Origin: Antedon mediterranea
Taxonomy: Eukaryota; Animalia; Echinodermata
Assembly: GCF_964355755.1 (NCBI RefSeq)
Contig: NC_092679.1
Span: forward strand, 20,009,432-20,073,431
Reading direction: 5' to 3'
Length of the DNA: 64,000 nt
In this document: piece after piece, positions 34,179 to 48,190 of the stretch
How positions within the stretch are numbered: the first letter of the stretch is position 1
How the letters are laid out: each line of letters opens with the position of its first letter
Notes under the pieces: model-generated
What the model saw: the letters and a program-made list of their open reading frames with translations, nothing else
What the model was told of the DNA's origin: nothing
Databases searched by the model: none
Translations under genes and position numbers: made by a program

Positions 34179-35537
34179 CAAGGCCATAGAAACCATGAAT
34201 ATAATAAGTCTATTATATACCAGTAACTATTTTGTTATAAATAGTATATGGATAATCCTAATGATTTATGGATATGATCTAACTTTCAAAAGAAGAAAAA
34301 ATATGGAATTAAACTATTGTACTCATACCAATAGGACGTTCAAATAATATAACTAAACAGATTATTATTCCAAGGTTTATGGAACTGATTTCCATCATCC
34401 TAACTAATGGAGGATTATCAAAATCTAAGTGTCACTGTAAGAAGATCTTAACAGAATTAACGGATTAAACAAGTTCACAATCCGTCATATGTTTCTTGAT
34501 TCACTTGTATTTTATTTTATTTTTATTTCAACAATATTTTACGAGGTATTGTTATAAAGATTATATTTGTTTAACTCTTTTAAATCATATCGTATCTGTC
34601 AAAAAATTACTTAACAGAATTAACAGCTTAAACAAGTACACCATCCGTGATGTGGTTCTTGATCTCTTTTGTAAAAAATCAATAAAAATTGTACGTTTCT
34701 AAAGACGCAGAATAAATTTATATATAGCGATGATGTCATTATTTCCTATCATATCTGTGTCAGATTTATAAATCTTTTACAAAGTAAAATGTTGATTTAT
34801 TGTCAATAATAATAATAATTTATTATGATGCTATCGTGTATCTGCATATTATAATACATTTATTATTTTAAAAATCTTTAAATATCTTTTATTACGATAT
34901 TCATGGTAATCATTTTTATAAAGAAGGAAAAAAAGCCATTCTAAATTACAAAGAAATGGGCTAATATGACGTTAAATTCGTAATACCAAATTCATATAAT
35001 AGCTATAATAGCTATATAATTCAGTTTAATGTATTATTTAATAACAAAGGATAAATCTATAACCTTTATTAGTTATTCACGATCATTCAATACATTAAAT
35101 TTTTTTTTTGCGGATTCACGGCTTACGACATTTTGGTTTTCCTGTACATTGTTGGAGGATTAGACTGGTATACATATTTGGCTATATTTCTCGGAAAGTG
35201 ACGCCTCTCATATAAAATAGACGCAATGTGTATGTTATAAAGTATTATTGTGGTCTTGCATATTTAGTTCAGGTCAAATGGAATAGCAATTTAATAGTAT
35301 GTAATGAGTTAAAATTAGACCAATCTGAATACTATTGTTGAGAGTTTAATTAAAGAGAAAATTTAGAAGCACCGACATTTTAATATAGCCCACGTCCCAA
35401 ACATTGTGTAAGCCCATGAGCCTTTATTACACTCAAAGAATAACAGGAGCTGTAGTAACCCCAAGGTCCAGGACTCAATCTTACTGTAGTGTCAGAGTTG
35501 TAACTTATCTGTGTGTCTACCCTTTATACTTAATAAA

Positions 35538-35715
35538 GGCCAATTTACACAGACGAGCGGTAACAGTAAGCAGAAAAACCGTGTAGCTTGTCCACGTAGA
35601 ATCTGCATCTATCCTCATCGGAAATCGCTCATCAATTTCTCACTTTGTGTAAATGGTCATAAGGAATAACATAGATTCTATATTTTTATTACCGTTACCG
35701 CTTGTCTTTGTAAAT
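35538..35715. mobile_element. Degenerate MITE (GGCCAATTTACACAGA end), related to the Gypsy target site
   Basis: Inverted ends TGTGTAAATGGTC and TTACCGCTTGTCTTTGTAAAT. Internal GTAGCTTGTCC...ATCTATCCT is shared with the flanks of the Gypsy element. Confidence 0.55.
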
Positions 35716-36832
35716 AAAACTTGATGATACATTATAGTTTTATTTCATCCTGTAATTGGGTATATGAAATTATTAAAAACATTTTTTAATAAAATAATGT
35801 TATGATCGAATAAATTTATGAAAGAAAATCAACATTATTACACTTTTATCATCTGTTACTTGAAACTACAAAATATAAATATGTATTTCGGACATAATAA
35901 TGTTTATGATCAAAATATATGTAGCATTTTCTCAACAATAAAACCAACAGTGTATGACAATTAGATTAATAATAATTATAATTCTACTAGGCAACTCGGA
36001 AGTATAACAATCATTTCTATGGAAACCAAATCCAAGGAGAAACGATGACTCACAATCTATTGTTATTAAGTTAACATTGTGTATTTTATTAAACGTGAAC
36101 ATCTCTTATGCAGCGTATGACACTTGACAGGGCATCAGTGGTCAACTGTAACGTTCATGATATTAATCATTTTATTCTCAAACAATAGAATTGCAGACAC
36201 AATAGTGAAAAATGACAACAATGATACTTTTTATGAAAGATTACTATGACTGGTTAACAAACCACACTAACTTTTTTTTTTTCGCTAATGGATTCTTAAA
36301 TCGGTGCTTATCTTTTCAAAAAGCAGACAATAGATATAGTCAATTAAGTACACATATTTTTAATTGGTGGCAGAATTAAGGTGTGTGACCGACACAATAT
36401 TGATCGATAAAACGAAGAGGTCGCAAGTTTACGAATTCTGGGTCACAAGATTTTGTCGCATATTATTAATATCTAATAAAAATTCAATTTATTCTTATTA
36501 TGAAAGTATTATTGATTAATATAATAAGATGCTTTATAATAGTGGCACTGTAAGTTGGGTATTCAATCAGAGAGTTCTATTATTATATATATATATATAT
36601 AAATCGTGGTGAATTTAACGCAGACCATGAAAGCGAAAGTGCTCGATACAAAATGTAGAGCCAAATATAAATAAATGAAAGACGCTAGTAAATTACCAAC
36701 TGAACATTTTATTGCACTACAGGCTGTTTCATGAGTATGAACTCAATCTTCAGGTGCTTGGCTCTGAATGATAGTCACAAGTATACAGTATATTTATTTA
36801 TATATATATATATATATATTATTATTATTAAA

Positions 36833-36996
36833 TCCAAAGGCAAATTACTGAAAAAAATGACAATGCTGTGGGTATCAGTGGCTGGATCTCAATGGAGACT
36901 ACTAAAAAAAAGCGAAAAGCTAAATCAAAACGATAAAGTAAACAGCCAGAAAAGTTAGCAGAGCTTTTGGGCAACACAGCCCTTCATCAGTGCAAG
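36833..36996 (-). mobile_element. ~160-nt hammerhead-headed non-autonomous retroelement, copy 2
   Basis: Same ends as copy 1. Flanked by the direct repeat TATATTATTATTATTAAA (36815-36832 and 36997-37014). Confidence 0.8.
36955..36996 (-). ncRNA. Hammerhead motif with catalytic-core mutation (GAAA to AAAA)
   Basis: Minus strand CTTGCA-CTGATGA-A-GGGC TGTGTT GCCC-AAAAGCTC-TGC. G12 is lost at a CpG site. Confidence 0.7.
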
Positions 36997-37116
36997 TATA
37001 TTATTATTATTAAAATACAAAGATTCAGTAAATTTTATTTACTTAAAATGAAAATTAATTTTGCTTGGCATAATTAAGGCATAGTTAAGACAATAACTGA
37101 TAATCAAATTAAAAAA

Positions 37117-37237
37117 ACAAGGCCATATACATGGATGGCTGTAGTCGCATGTTAAAATTTTAGTGTTTACTGACCGACTGACCTACCAACCGACCGACAC
37201 GCTGTACAGTAGAGTCACGTTTGCACGTGACTAAAAA
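37117..37237 (-). mobile_element. Helentron-associated (HINE-like) short element
   Basis: Terminal hairpin AGTCACGTTTGCACGTGACT-AAAAA, (GACC)n-like microsatellite, and A-tract flanks. Confidence 0.55.
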
Positions 37238-37424
37238 TACTTCATATTATATGATAAAATACGAAAAGCATTCATAAAAATAATTATCTTCTTTGGGACA
37301 TCCCTATTCAGGGGACACCATTATTATAAGACTAAGATGACATTTCCAATGAAATGAACGATGTGGAGCAATATATAACACTACACACAACCCCTATTCA
37401 GGGGTCACCTTGTACTGTATATTT

Positions 37425-37900
37425 ATTTATTTATTCATTTATTTATTTCTTCTTTCTTTAAACTGAAATACACTTTCAATACAAATGTACTGATTTCCAA
37501 AGTGGTTCAGTAAACATAATATTTACAACAAAAATAAAATAAAAAGAAAAACAAAAGGAAAGAAAACAGATATAAAACTATTTACAATTGTGAAGGCAAA
37601 AAGGTTAATACATATATGTTTTTTATAGTGAAGATTTAAAAGTTGCCAAAGACATATTCCTAAGCTCTGTCTACACGTACTATCAAACTAGTTTGACAAA
37701 AAAGTATGATGTGCCCAAATATGATAGTGATATTCCCAAAATATGGTAGTGATATGAGATCATCGTGTCCATATATGGGCACATTACATTTTTTTTTAGT
37801 CACAGAAAGTTTCATAGTATAGACAAAGCTTGGATTTATGCTTTTAACAATCTATTGCAAACATCTCAAGGGAATTCCAAATGTTGAAATCGATTCCAAT
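37425..37900 (-). mobile_element. Degraded LINE 3' end interrupted by a MITE
   Basis: (TTTA)n tail at the left, stem-loop 3' tail, and a minus-strand IWNSL motif near 37870-37885. Confidence 0.45.
37663..37830. mobile_element. MITE-A
   Basis: Family match, both TIRs. Confidence 0.88.
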
Positions 37901-38635
37901 CATTTCCTAAAACCAATACAGAGTGTATTACAAGCAAGGTTATGAACATTGGAGCTTCTTTAATAGCTTGCATTAAAATTTGATGGTGTTATGAAAATTA
38001 GTTATTTATAGAACGATAAAGTGCACGCTGGGTTGCATTTATATCGATGATATTGAAGGCTTACGTAAGTACTTCAAGGAAATAAATCGTACGCAAAATG
38101 TATGTACTTTACTAGGTGTGAAAATGAGTTATTTATAGAAGAGCTTGCTGATGGTTGTGTTGATAATTTGTAATTGCTTTCAATGAAATACTAGTGGTTG
38201 AAATTTATTGCATTAGGTCTATTTGAAGAAAAAAAAATGTGTTAAAACCATAAACCACGGGACACAAAATTACGTTTAAGGTGTGAGATTAAACCACATA
38301 ATATCACATGCAAGTTCTATACCAACATGAATCATTTTACATAAAAAAAGATCAACATTTTAGAAGGGGTTAATTAATGTCATTGGTAAGTTTTCTGAAT
38401 ATTGCATGAAACCAGAAGTTTTTGTATGACATGGCATTAAAGTATTTTGACAGGAAAGAATGCTTGGTGATCTATTGGTCATGTGTACTGACAGATTGAT
38501 TTTTAACACATACTCTTCATAAATGAATGCACAGTATGGATATCGAACTGAAAATCATTAATATCAATATCAAGCAAGCTGGAAGGGAAATTGGATGACT
38601 ATTTTGGGGGTAATAAAGGCATTTCTATGGTCAAG

Positions 38636-39024
38636 GCTAGTTCATTATTAAAATCCGAGCTGTTTAGAGAAATACTTCCCCCTCTTCATAAGCCAGCTCG
38701 GTCTCTCAGATTCAACCGCTTTCTAGAAGTACCTCATTGTAAAACCAGCAGACTTAGGTCGTCTCCAGTTCCCACCATGGTGGATATAATTAATATGCAC
38801 CACTAGCTCTTTTTTAGATATGTAATAAGTGAATGTTTTAAGGTTTTTTATTCATCTATGTTTTTAATTTTATGGTACGATATCTAATTTTAATAAGATG
38901 TTTCTATTTTTATAGCAATTTTAACTAATTTTTAGGCATTTGTAATACAATTCATTTCAGTCCTTGACTGTCGTTTTGTAATATATTTTATATACCGAAT
39001 AAATAAATAAATAAATAAATAAAT
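38636..39024 (+). mobile_element. 5'-truncated LINE (CR1/L2 group) 3' end
   Basis: Encodes LFREILPP...EVPHCKTSRLRSSPVPTMVDIIN*, a typical ORF2 C-terminus, then a T-rich 3' UTR and (TAAA)n tail. Confidence 0.75.
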
Positions 39025-40419
39025 AGTTAAAAATAAGAAAATACATTTATATTGAATCAATGAAAAATTAATACAATTAAAGTTTTCTGATATACGATTA
39101 AAAAATGTCTATATATATTTCCACTGTAATTTTTTTTGTAGACATTGCATTAACATATATAAATCCTGTAATAGGGTAATATGTATCCTACATAGTGCCT
39201 GCATTATGTGTAGTGTAGGGGGTTACCCCGGTGTATTAGTACATCACAGCCACTGATCACCAACTGGGCCCTCTGGGAGACCAGTCTTTGACTGAAGAGG
39301 TTACCCAGTATAAATATATATTTCAATTTCAATTATAGTATGTTAATGTTAGGTTAGGCTTATGACATATGATATAGCTGTTACATGTGATGCATATGTG
39401 ATATTGTATCACAGAATTAAGTTTGATACAGTATTGCATGTACACATCATAGATACAGTACAGAGACTTGGCTAATATACAGCATGGAATAATTATACAT
39501 ACATGATTACAGCGAGGAAATAGTAACCTTAGTAACGTACAACACATCACAATTTCAAAGTGTTGCGATGTTAATTAAAGTAATGCAATGCTGAGATTGC
39601 ATAATGTTACTGTAACTGCTGGTTGAAAATAAAAGTCCACTGTTATTTTTTATGTTAATAATAGCATCTTTATGAACGTATATGATATAATGGACAGGAA
39701 CTCTGACAGGAACTATACAAGGATGTTTATATGTCAGGTGTTTTTAATTAAACAAAAGGGAATACACCATCTATGATAAATAATAGTATCTAAATTTAGA
39801 TTCATTTCTACTATCAGTTTAAGTTGTTAGAATTGTAATACTGCTCGTATCATCCTTCTATCATCCTATATGCTAACGTTTAACAAATTTTGCCGTAATA
39901 TTGTTAACATTTAGATTATTTCTTTTAGATTATAAAATGATCCCAATGGAGTTACTATTAAGCTCTTTGGACTTTCTTGGAAAATTTTCTAAAATGTATT
40001 TTTGTAATGTCAGTAGTAAATGTTATCACTTTGTTAATGTTATGTATTTTTTAAAACGATTTTCCAAATAAATTCAAATCAAATTATTAGAATGATTTGT
40101 TTCAAAAATAAAATTGATTTATAATTTTGAACAGCTGAAAATCACAGTAAATTTATCCTGCAAGAAATAACTAGACATTAAAATGTAACCTTTACAGCAA
40201 GCAATTATGTGCTAAATTTCAACAACATTAAAAGGGTTTCATTGATGTTTAGTATTGCGATACCTTTATGTTTAAACAAAATAAATCACTTATTAATCGA
40301 ATACATCATTCACAGTGACACTCCTAGTTGATTGTTGAGAACAAAATGGTTCAGAGAAACAGAAATATGTTAGCTCTACAAATCAGACACAATAAGAAAA
40401 CTCGTGCACTGGGTACCAA

Positions 40420-40950
40420 TGGAATATGGCTTAAGAACCAGGCACCCACTCTCTAAAATAAGACCTGACCCGGCTTTTAATTACTTCCAAGGGAATGGCT
40501 CCAGAACCAGGCACTCACTCCCTAAGAAAGACCTGACCCTGCTATAGATTGGTTCCCAAGAGAATGGTTATAGAACCAGGTACTCACTCCCTAAGAAAAC
40601 TTAGCATGCTATAAATCGGTTCCAAAGGAATGGCCGGCTCTAGAACAAGGCACTTACTCCCTATAAAAGACCTGACCCTGCTATAGATTGGTTCCCAAGA
40701 GAATGGCTCTAGAAACAGGCACTCACTCCCTAGTACAAAAGACCTGACCCTGCTATAGATTGGTTCCCAAGAGAATGGTTATAGAACCAGGTACTCACTC
40801 CCTAAGAAAACTTAGCATGCTGTTCCAATGGAATGGTTAGAGAACCAGGCACTCACTCCCTACAAAAGACCTGACCCTGCTATAGATTGGTTCCCAAGAG
40901 AATGGTTATATAACCAGGTACTTGTCTCACGGCGGAAGACCTGGCCCTGA
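40420..40950. repeat. ~70-bp tandem repeat, 8 copies
   Basis: Unit GAATGGCTCTAGAACCAGGCACTCACTCCCTAAGAAAGACCTGACCCTGCTATAGATTGGTTCCCAAGA. Confidence 0.93.
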
Positions 40951-42279
40951 CTTTAATAAGTGAACCTTCAATGACATCTCTGACTGTACACAGGACTAGT
41001 TATTATTTTTGATTAATTCAATCAAACAGTCTATTTTTAGATTTATTGTACCATTCTGGCGCTGGTTTAAGCCCACCCTGGGAATACATTCAACTCAAAA
41101 AATAATTTCAAGCATAACCACAATTCATGTAAAGGGGGAGCATACCAGAGTTTGCTAGTGCGCTATATAGTTTTAGTAATTTTGTAGAAACAAATCTATT
41201 AGGTAACATAAACAAACTAATTTACTTGCAAAATCTAATTGGTCTAGGGTTCAATCCTAGTTGATCGTTCTAGTGCCAGGGCTCTAACTTGTGACAATTA
41301 TTTCTGTCTAAGGCTCAACAAGACTTAGTTTATAAGCATGATCAAGTTTATCCATCCATATTTGCTTTTGTATGTCTATAAACATGTATAGTAATGTTTT
41401 AAATTTTAATATATTTGACAGAAATGACAATGTAAAACTGCATACCATGTTTGATAAACAAGTTATGACCTCTCACGCAATAACACCTACGACAAATCAA
41501 AATATTAAATCTGTCATATTGCAAACAATTCCTAACAGATTATTATTTTTTTCTAGCTCTGAAAAAAATGGCCAAAAGTCTGAAACAAGTGGTTTGATAT
41601 ATTAACAGCCTTATCGGAACGTCGCTTCTGACATCTTCTGACAAGAGTTATGTGTTTTAAATGTCATGTTGTGCCAAGAAATATAATTGCATTTGAAATG
41701 GTGTGAGGAATAAGGGAGATACAACATAACCTGTCACTATATATTAGATAATGTTAAAGTAGATTGTGTAGAAAGAAATAATTGCATTTGTCCCCTACAA
41801 TGCTGTTTATTATGAATCTGAGGTACTGTATAATAATCATGTGAAGCCAGATTAAAGGACATCAATAGAGAAAATTCCTAGGGTAAACTTATCAACCACA
41901 GACAACGGTTATCAGAGTAGGGGGTCAAAGATTCCCCTTGCTTCACAGACAAGAAGCTTAACCTCAAGTCCAAGAACAACTAATCATTTTCTCAGCCAAC
42001 TTGCTTTTCATCTAACAATTTTCAGATCTGATGTGAAGTATTGTATGCCAGTCTGTAGATTACCATCAGTCAACTGCACTGAGCTGGCTTTTGCTACAGG
42101 CACTTACAGGGGGGATTAACTTATATTGTAGATTGAAAATAATGCTTGATAGTGCCTCCAGAAAAAAATCGATCAAAGGATGATAATCACCGAGAGAACT
42201 ATCACTGTTGGTGTGAAATGTGGGAACAAGGAGTCGTTAAAACACTTGTAGCGGCATACATACTTGTATGTTAAACAAC

Positions 42280-42432
42280 CCCGTATTCAGGGAACACCAA
42301 TAGTAAGGGGAAACTTTCTTGTCAAACAAACAAGGAAAAATATATCTTACACTATGGCCAACCCTTATTCAGAGACAGCCCTATTAAAGGGACACTTTGT
42401 TGGGTCCTGAAGGTGTCCACTTAATAGAGTTC
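42280..42432. mobile_element. pogo/Tigger-like MITE remnant
   Basis: CTATTAAAGGGACACTTTGTTGGGTCCTGAAGG is shared with 49885-49915. Confidence 0.55.
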
Positions 42433-42455
42433 TATCAACAAGATTGGTAGCAAAT

Positions 42456-42582
42456 TCTGTCTACACTATCAAAAAATGTGATGTGCCCATATATAGACAC
42501 GATGATGTCATATCACTACCTTATTTGGGCATATCCCTACCTTATTTGGGCACATCACACTTGTTTGATAGTGTCGACAGAG
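42456..42582. mobile_element. MITE-A
   Basis: Family match with deletions. Confidence 0.85.
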
Positions 42583-43026
42583 GAAATGAAGGCATCATAT
42601 CTTGCTAGACAGATTCCTTTCTTATGACTATCTCAACCTTTAAGTTTCGTTTACAATATTATGGTGGTGTGATGCAGCACATTCAATTAAAGTAATCTTA
42701 GCTCCTTTTATATCATCAAGTATTCTGGCCATTGTCACATGTTTACGATACATAAGCTTAGAAGAATTTCCATTTTATTGATATTTACATAATTTTCATT
42801 CTTGTTGATATACAGGTGTAGGTCAGGTAAGCATCTTCAACCAAACTGTGGGTGGTATAGATAATAACAGGTAGAAATCAGAGGATGAGCACTATACTAT
42901 CTAGTACAGTAAATCACACCATGCATACCATCACATATTGTATAGCTGGAATGTAACGTGTTAAGATTTTAATTTAAACATAACTTTCGTTTACAGATAA
43001 GAATTAAGTTGTTTTCATTCTTTCGT

Positions 43027-43455
43027 TGCATTCACACTCTAAATCTGCATTCACTCTACAGTAAATCTGTATTTAAATTATCTAAACCTGCATTCACATC
43101 ACTCTAAATATGCATTCATCCTACTGAACTCTATTCACATTGCTCTAAATCTACATTCCAATCTACAATACTCTAAACGAAAGCTACATTCACACTACTA
43201 TAAATCTACATTAGTCTAAACTAAAGCTGCATTCACACTACTCTAAAGCTGCATTCACACTACTATAAATCTACATTACTCTAAACGAAAGCTGCATTTA
43301 TACTACTCTAAGCTGCATTCACACTACTATAAATCTACATTACTCTAAACGAAAGCTGCATTTATACTACTCTAAGCTGCATTCACACTACTCTAAAGCT
43401 GCATTCACACTACTCTAAAGCTACATTAACAAACTCTAAAGTTGTATTCACAATA
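43027..43455. repeat. ~22-bp degenerate minisatellite
   Basis: Unit CTCTAAAGCTGCATTCACACTA and variants. Confidence 0.9.
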
Positions 43456-44034
43456 TAGCATGTACATTACACAATCAGGTGGCCTGGAATTAAGTATGAG
43501 ATGAAGTTTGTTGGCCGTGAACTAATCTCTAACACATTATATTTAAAATTTGTTTTTGGAGAACCCGATAAATCTATGTTGATATAAAGTTTGCGCCACC
43601 ACGTGTATTAGTTCTGAAAAGAACTGTTGAGTTTCTCTTAAATCGATTATGCAAGACTGCTCTTACGTCATCAAAATTCTTGACCAGTAGATACTGGACA
43701 CAATTAAACTGGACATGACCCTTATCAGCTTTCAACTTGCTAACATTAACATAACTTGATTACTCTTCTGTGTAAACAGAGTAATATACGCAAATAAACC
43801 GATTGATATATAAATTGGTTTTCTTGTATAATTCTTTCAACAGTAGATGGGTACACAATTAGGTAATGGAAAATAGTGATGGGAAATGGTTCCTGAAACA
43901 ATTATGTACAACTATTCGTCGTCTAATACATATGAGATCCTATCTACTCCCAGCAGATATATGGCAACATTATTAATTAGTCAATTCTTATACAAAAATA
44001 CTATATAATATATAAGATATAAGATATTTTAAAG

Positions 44035-44437
44035 ATTTAAATGCTATGGAAAAACTCCCTATTTATGCTGCAACCAAGAAATAACTGTGAATTTCTAATA
44101 TTGAAGTTTGAGGAACTTCAAAAGTGTGAGATCTTCATTGCTATATTAAAAATTGTACAACCTGGGAACCCTACGAAACAAAACATATTATTAACAGTGA
44201 ATACTACAACGAGCAAACATTTAAACAGATCACCTGATGATACTTTATAATTGATATTTTATGATTTAAATGCTGTTTATGCTGCAACCGAGATTTCTAA
44301 TACTGAATTTGGAGGAAATTAAAAAATATGGTTCTTCATTGTTATACCTCAAAATTGTACAACCTGCTGGGAACCCTACAAAACAAAACATAGTAATAAC
44401 AATATAGGCTGAGCAAACATTTAAACAGATCAGTTGA
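44035..44437. repeat. Tandem duplication (~215 bp x2)
   Basis: TTTATGCTGCAACC...GGGAACCCTAC...GAGCAAACATTTAAACAGATCA occurs twice. Confidence 0.82.
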
Positions 44438-45447
44438 TGCCGCCACAGTATAAATAGAGTATAATATTGTGAAGACAAACACACCTGAAGTGTGTGTAGG
44501 TGGGTTTGGAATTTCAGAACACCTTGTGAAGTCATATCATTACACTTTAATCACCTTACAGTGTTCACCTATACCCTGGATTTAAAAAACAAAAAGTAAT
44601 TAAGTTATTTCTTAGGTACCTGGATGACAGGCCCACGCACTGGTACAACTTCCTTACACCAGTAAAATCTTTGAGAAGAGTAGGTCTTAATTGGTGTTTA
44701 GTTGGTCTTAAAATTGTGTACCGGATATATTTGGTGTTTTGAAGGTGCCGAACAGATTAAATGGTAGGAAAGATGTAGGTCTAATAATATCCAGTCTGTA
44801 TAAAAGTTGTTTGGGGTTTTTAGAGAAGATTGGGTCTTCAATTCAACATTTTTATCAATTTTATTCTTTTATCATATCGGATTAACATAACAGATTGTTT
44901 ACAAACAACAATATTTTATCAATTTGATCTTAATTGTTTGAATAGACCTTTAAGAATGTAAATCTCCTTTTAGGGATTTAGAGGGCTATCCCTAGTACCA
45001 TACTATTGATATGGTTTTTTTGTACACTCTGGGCTCCAAATAAAGAAAGAAAGCAACATTATGCTGTAACGATCATTTTAGTCTACAACGCGCAACTTGA
45101 CTAGAGATTTATGCAAATACTTTTTTAAAGAGCCTGAACTACTAATATCTATTGCTCTATATTTTGGCAGAATGATATTTCTTGAGTGAAAAAGAGGACA
45201 AACAAAGATGGCTATCTACTTAACATGATCAATCTTAGATCTCTACCTGTTTATTACATAAAAGAATTCTCAACAGAGATTTTAAAAAGCTGATAATAAT
45301 GTAAAAACAAATTAAACTAGGTCAGATGGCAGGTAGGTCAAATAATTACTCAACAACAGAGGGCAGTAGTTAAACTTCAGCATTTATTTTACCAATTTGT
45401 TTTAAACTTAAAAATCTTGTTTTGCTTCCATTTTAAAGACTTGCTTT

Positions 45448-45581
45448 AGCTCTGTCTACACTAGTTTGACAAAAAAAGGTGTGATGTGCCCATATATGGT
45501 AGTCATATGCCCCAAAATTGTTGTGATATATATGGCCATATCGCATTCTTTTGTCATTTGTTTGATAGTGTAGACAGAGCT
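45448..45581. mobile_element. MITE-A
   Basis: Family match, both TIR ends. Confidence 0.85.
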
Positions 45582-46498
45582 TTACTTTACTGTTTTGTGT
45601 GAAATATGTACTATAAAGAGGTTTATTTTTTGTTACACATTTTTACTACAGATTTGAAATATATAAAATATAATTTGTTTTTGGAAAATTCATAAACTAT
45701 GCAGAATATTTCATTTCAGAACACAAATTTATCCACAGAAAATGTAAACTTATTTTCAGTTTGAACTTTGTATACCATTGCTGGCTAAACTATAACTCAC
45801 ATTGGTCTTATATTTCGTAAAAATTAGGACAACTTTGCGTAATGGTTCATTCCCACAGACCTTTGTGACACTAATATATATCATACTAATTCCTCCTTGA
45901 TTATTTATAGTAATTAATCACATGGAATACTACAAATGAAGCTGTAAACTGAGGATTATATAAAGCAACCTTGAATTTAATGTACCCTGGTAATAAAACT
46001 TACATTCTAATGTCGCAGTAAATTTGAATAGGTGTTGAAAAGTAAAAATTATGTTGTAATTGATCCAATTATTGCTGTCTCTCATCATAAATATTAGTAT
46101 CAATGTTAAATGTTTATTTCACCTTATTAATATTTGGTGACCTATGTATACCCAGTCTAGACTGAGATACAGAGAACTGCATGTTTTATATTAAACATTT
46201 ATAATTTAGAATGGACATATTCATTATGGGTCTTTGGGTGTCCCATGCATTCCTAACATAAATGACACTTCAAATTCGGAGACAAAGTCTCCTCTAAAGT
46301 TACATTGTAGTGTGATCACACTCATAGTATAAATAATGGTAACTTCATTCGTCCATGACTGTACCAACTACAAGAAACCATGAAGTACTGTACACCAATC
46401 CTATCTATTGCAATAAACCTGGTATTCATAAACCGATTCACAATCCTTCTCAGAGGTGGCAATCTTGTTCATAGGAGAAAATGCTATACAAAGTATTA

Positions 46499-46624
46499 AG
46501 CTCTGTCTACACTATCAAACTAATTAAAAAATGTGATGTGCCTAAATATGCTATTAATCATGTCATCATCATGTCCCTATCACATTTGTTTTGTCACGTA
46601 AAGTTTGATAGTGTAGACAGAGTT
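46499..46624. mobile_element. MITE-A
   Basis: Family match, both TIRs, TTA flanks. Confidence 0.85.
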
Positions 46625-47377
46625 TTATAGGGTATACCAACTCCTGGCATCAGGATTTAAACGCAGGACCCTGAGTTCGGTAGCAAAGCATCATAACATC
46701 CTAGCTACAACTAGTAACATCTTCATGCTTTGACACACAAGTTTATCATGAAATATGGATAACAATAAACCAATAACCAATATTTGTTCATGTCTTCAAC
46801 AAATTTAAGTGAACTTCCTTAGGCCTGATAATTAGCAAACAATTGACATTTCCCACCCAGCCCCCATGCAGAGCCTCGTCTCTGGCCTGTCTCGCAGTCT
46901 GTAATCAAATGTTAGGCCATGTGAACTTCCCAGATCATATTTCTACCTTGGGAAAAACCTACAGCCAAATAGTGTTTTGTGTATGCGCGAGGAGTATTAT
47001 TTAAAATACTTGTTCGACAAAATATGCTGGGTGATACAAGCCGCAATAGGGTTGTGTTACTGTAAATGCAAACCAACGCAGTATGTTGTTTAGTGTTTTG
47101 TTACGTTTAACATTACCAACAAGTATTTATTAAATAATGAATGCTTTGTAGTTGATTAGGTTATTTGTTTTATATTTTAATGAGCCTGTCTAAATTAATA
47201 AGCCTATTTTAAAATGGAAGAACATTTTTAATTTCACCAGTGGAATACTGTATCTATTGCAAAAATATGATATTGTTGCTTTACGAGGTGAAAATGACAA
47301 AACTTATTTTTTAGGTAATAACAATATCCATTTATATTTCAATAAAAAATTAAATGAAACAACTTTCAGTTATAATT

Positions 47378-47580
47378 ATATCCGCCTAGGAGGTTATTAT
47401 GTCAAAGATGTGTGATGTGTGTGTTTGTCTGTTAGTGTTAGCAGCATAACGTCAAAACTATAAAATATGGATCTTTTACAAATGACGTTAACACAGGTAG
47501 ATCTGCTCTGGTCGAGTCACGGACAACTCCATTAAATTTTGGAGGCAATCCAGACTAGGCTCCCAATTCTAAACCACTTT
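47378..47580 (+). mobile_element. Helentron-like dispersed repeat fragment (family of 62518-62720)
   Basis: TCCGCCTAGGAGGTTA head, (GTTT/GTCT)n, and AATTTTGGAGGCAATCC shared with 62518-62720. Confidence 0.55.
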
Positions 47581-48024
47581 TTATTCTTTTACTAATTTTG
47601 GTTGTACGTCATTATAAACTATTACGATTCTCTTTTTACTGAAACTGTGATTGCTCTTGTTTAACAATAATTCAACTGTCCTACATTTATAATAAAATCA
47701 CTCCTGAGAAATTTCACCCTTAACATATACCAATTATTATTATATTGTTGTATTATTGGTTAGATAAGATCACAAATAACTTATCTTAGGCCTATCAAAT
47801 GGGTTTTAATTACTAGTGCCTAAGGCTTTCTATCAATCTATATCCTAAATCTAACTATTTCCAAAGACTAAACTTGCTGAAACAACTAAATATACAGTAT
47901 TATTATGGGTCTGCAAGATTTTATCAGAAAAGTTTCAATTTGTGATGACTTGCTGGAAAAATAATACATGTTTTTAAATTGTGTATAAAAAGTTTGAATT
48001 AAGTAGATTTTTTAATTACTGTTA

Positions 48025-48190
48025 AGCTCTGTCTACACCATCAAACTTTATGTGACAAAAAAATGTGATGTGCCCATATATGGACATGATGATGTCATAT
48101 CACTGCCATATTTGGGTACATCAAACTACAATATTTGGGAACATCGCACCTTTTTTTGTCAAACTAGTTTGATAGTGTAGAGACAGAGCT
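48025..48190. mobile_element. MITE-A
   Basis: Full-length family match. Confidence 0.9.
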
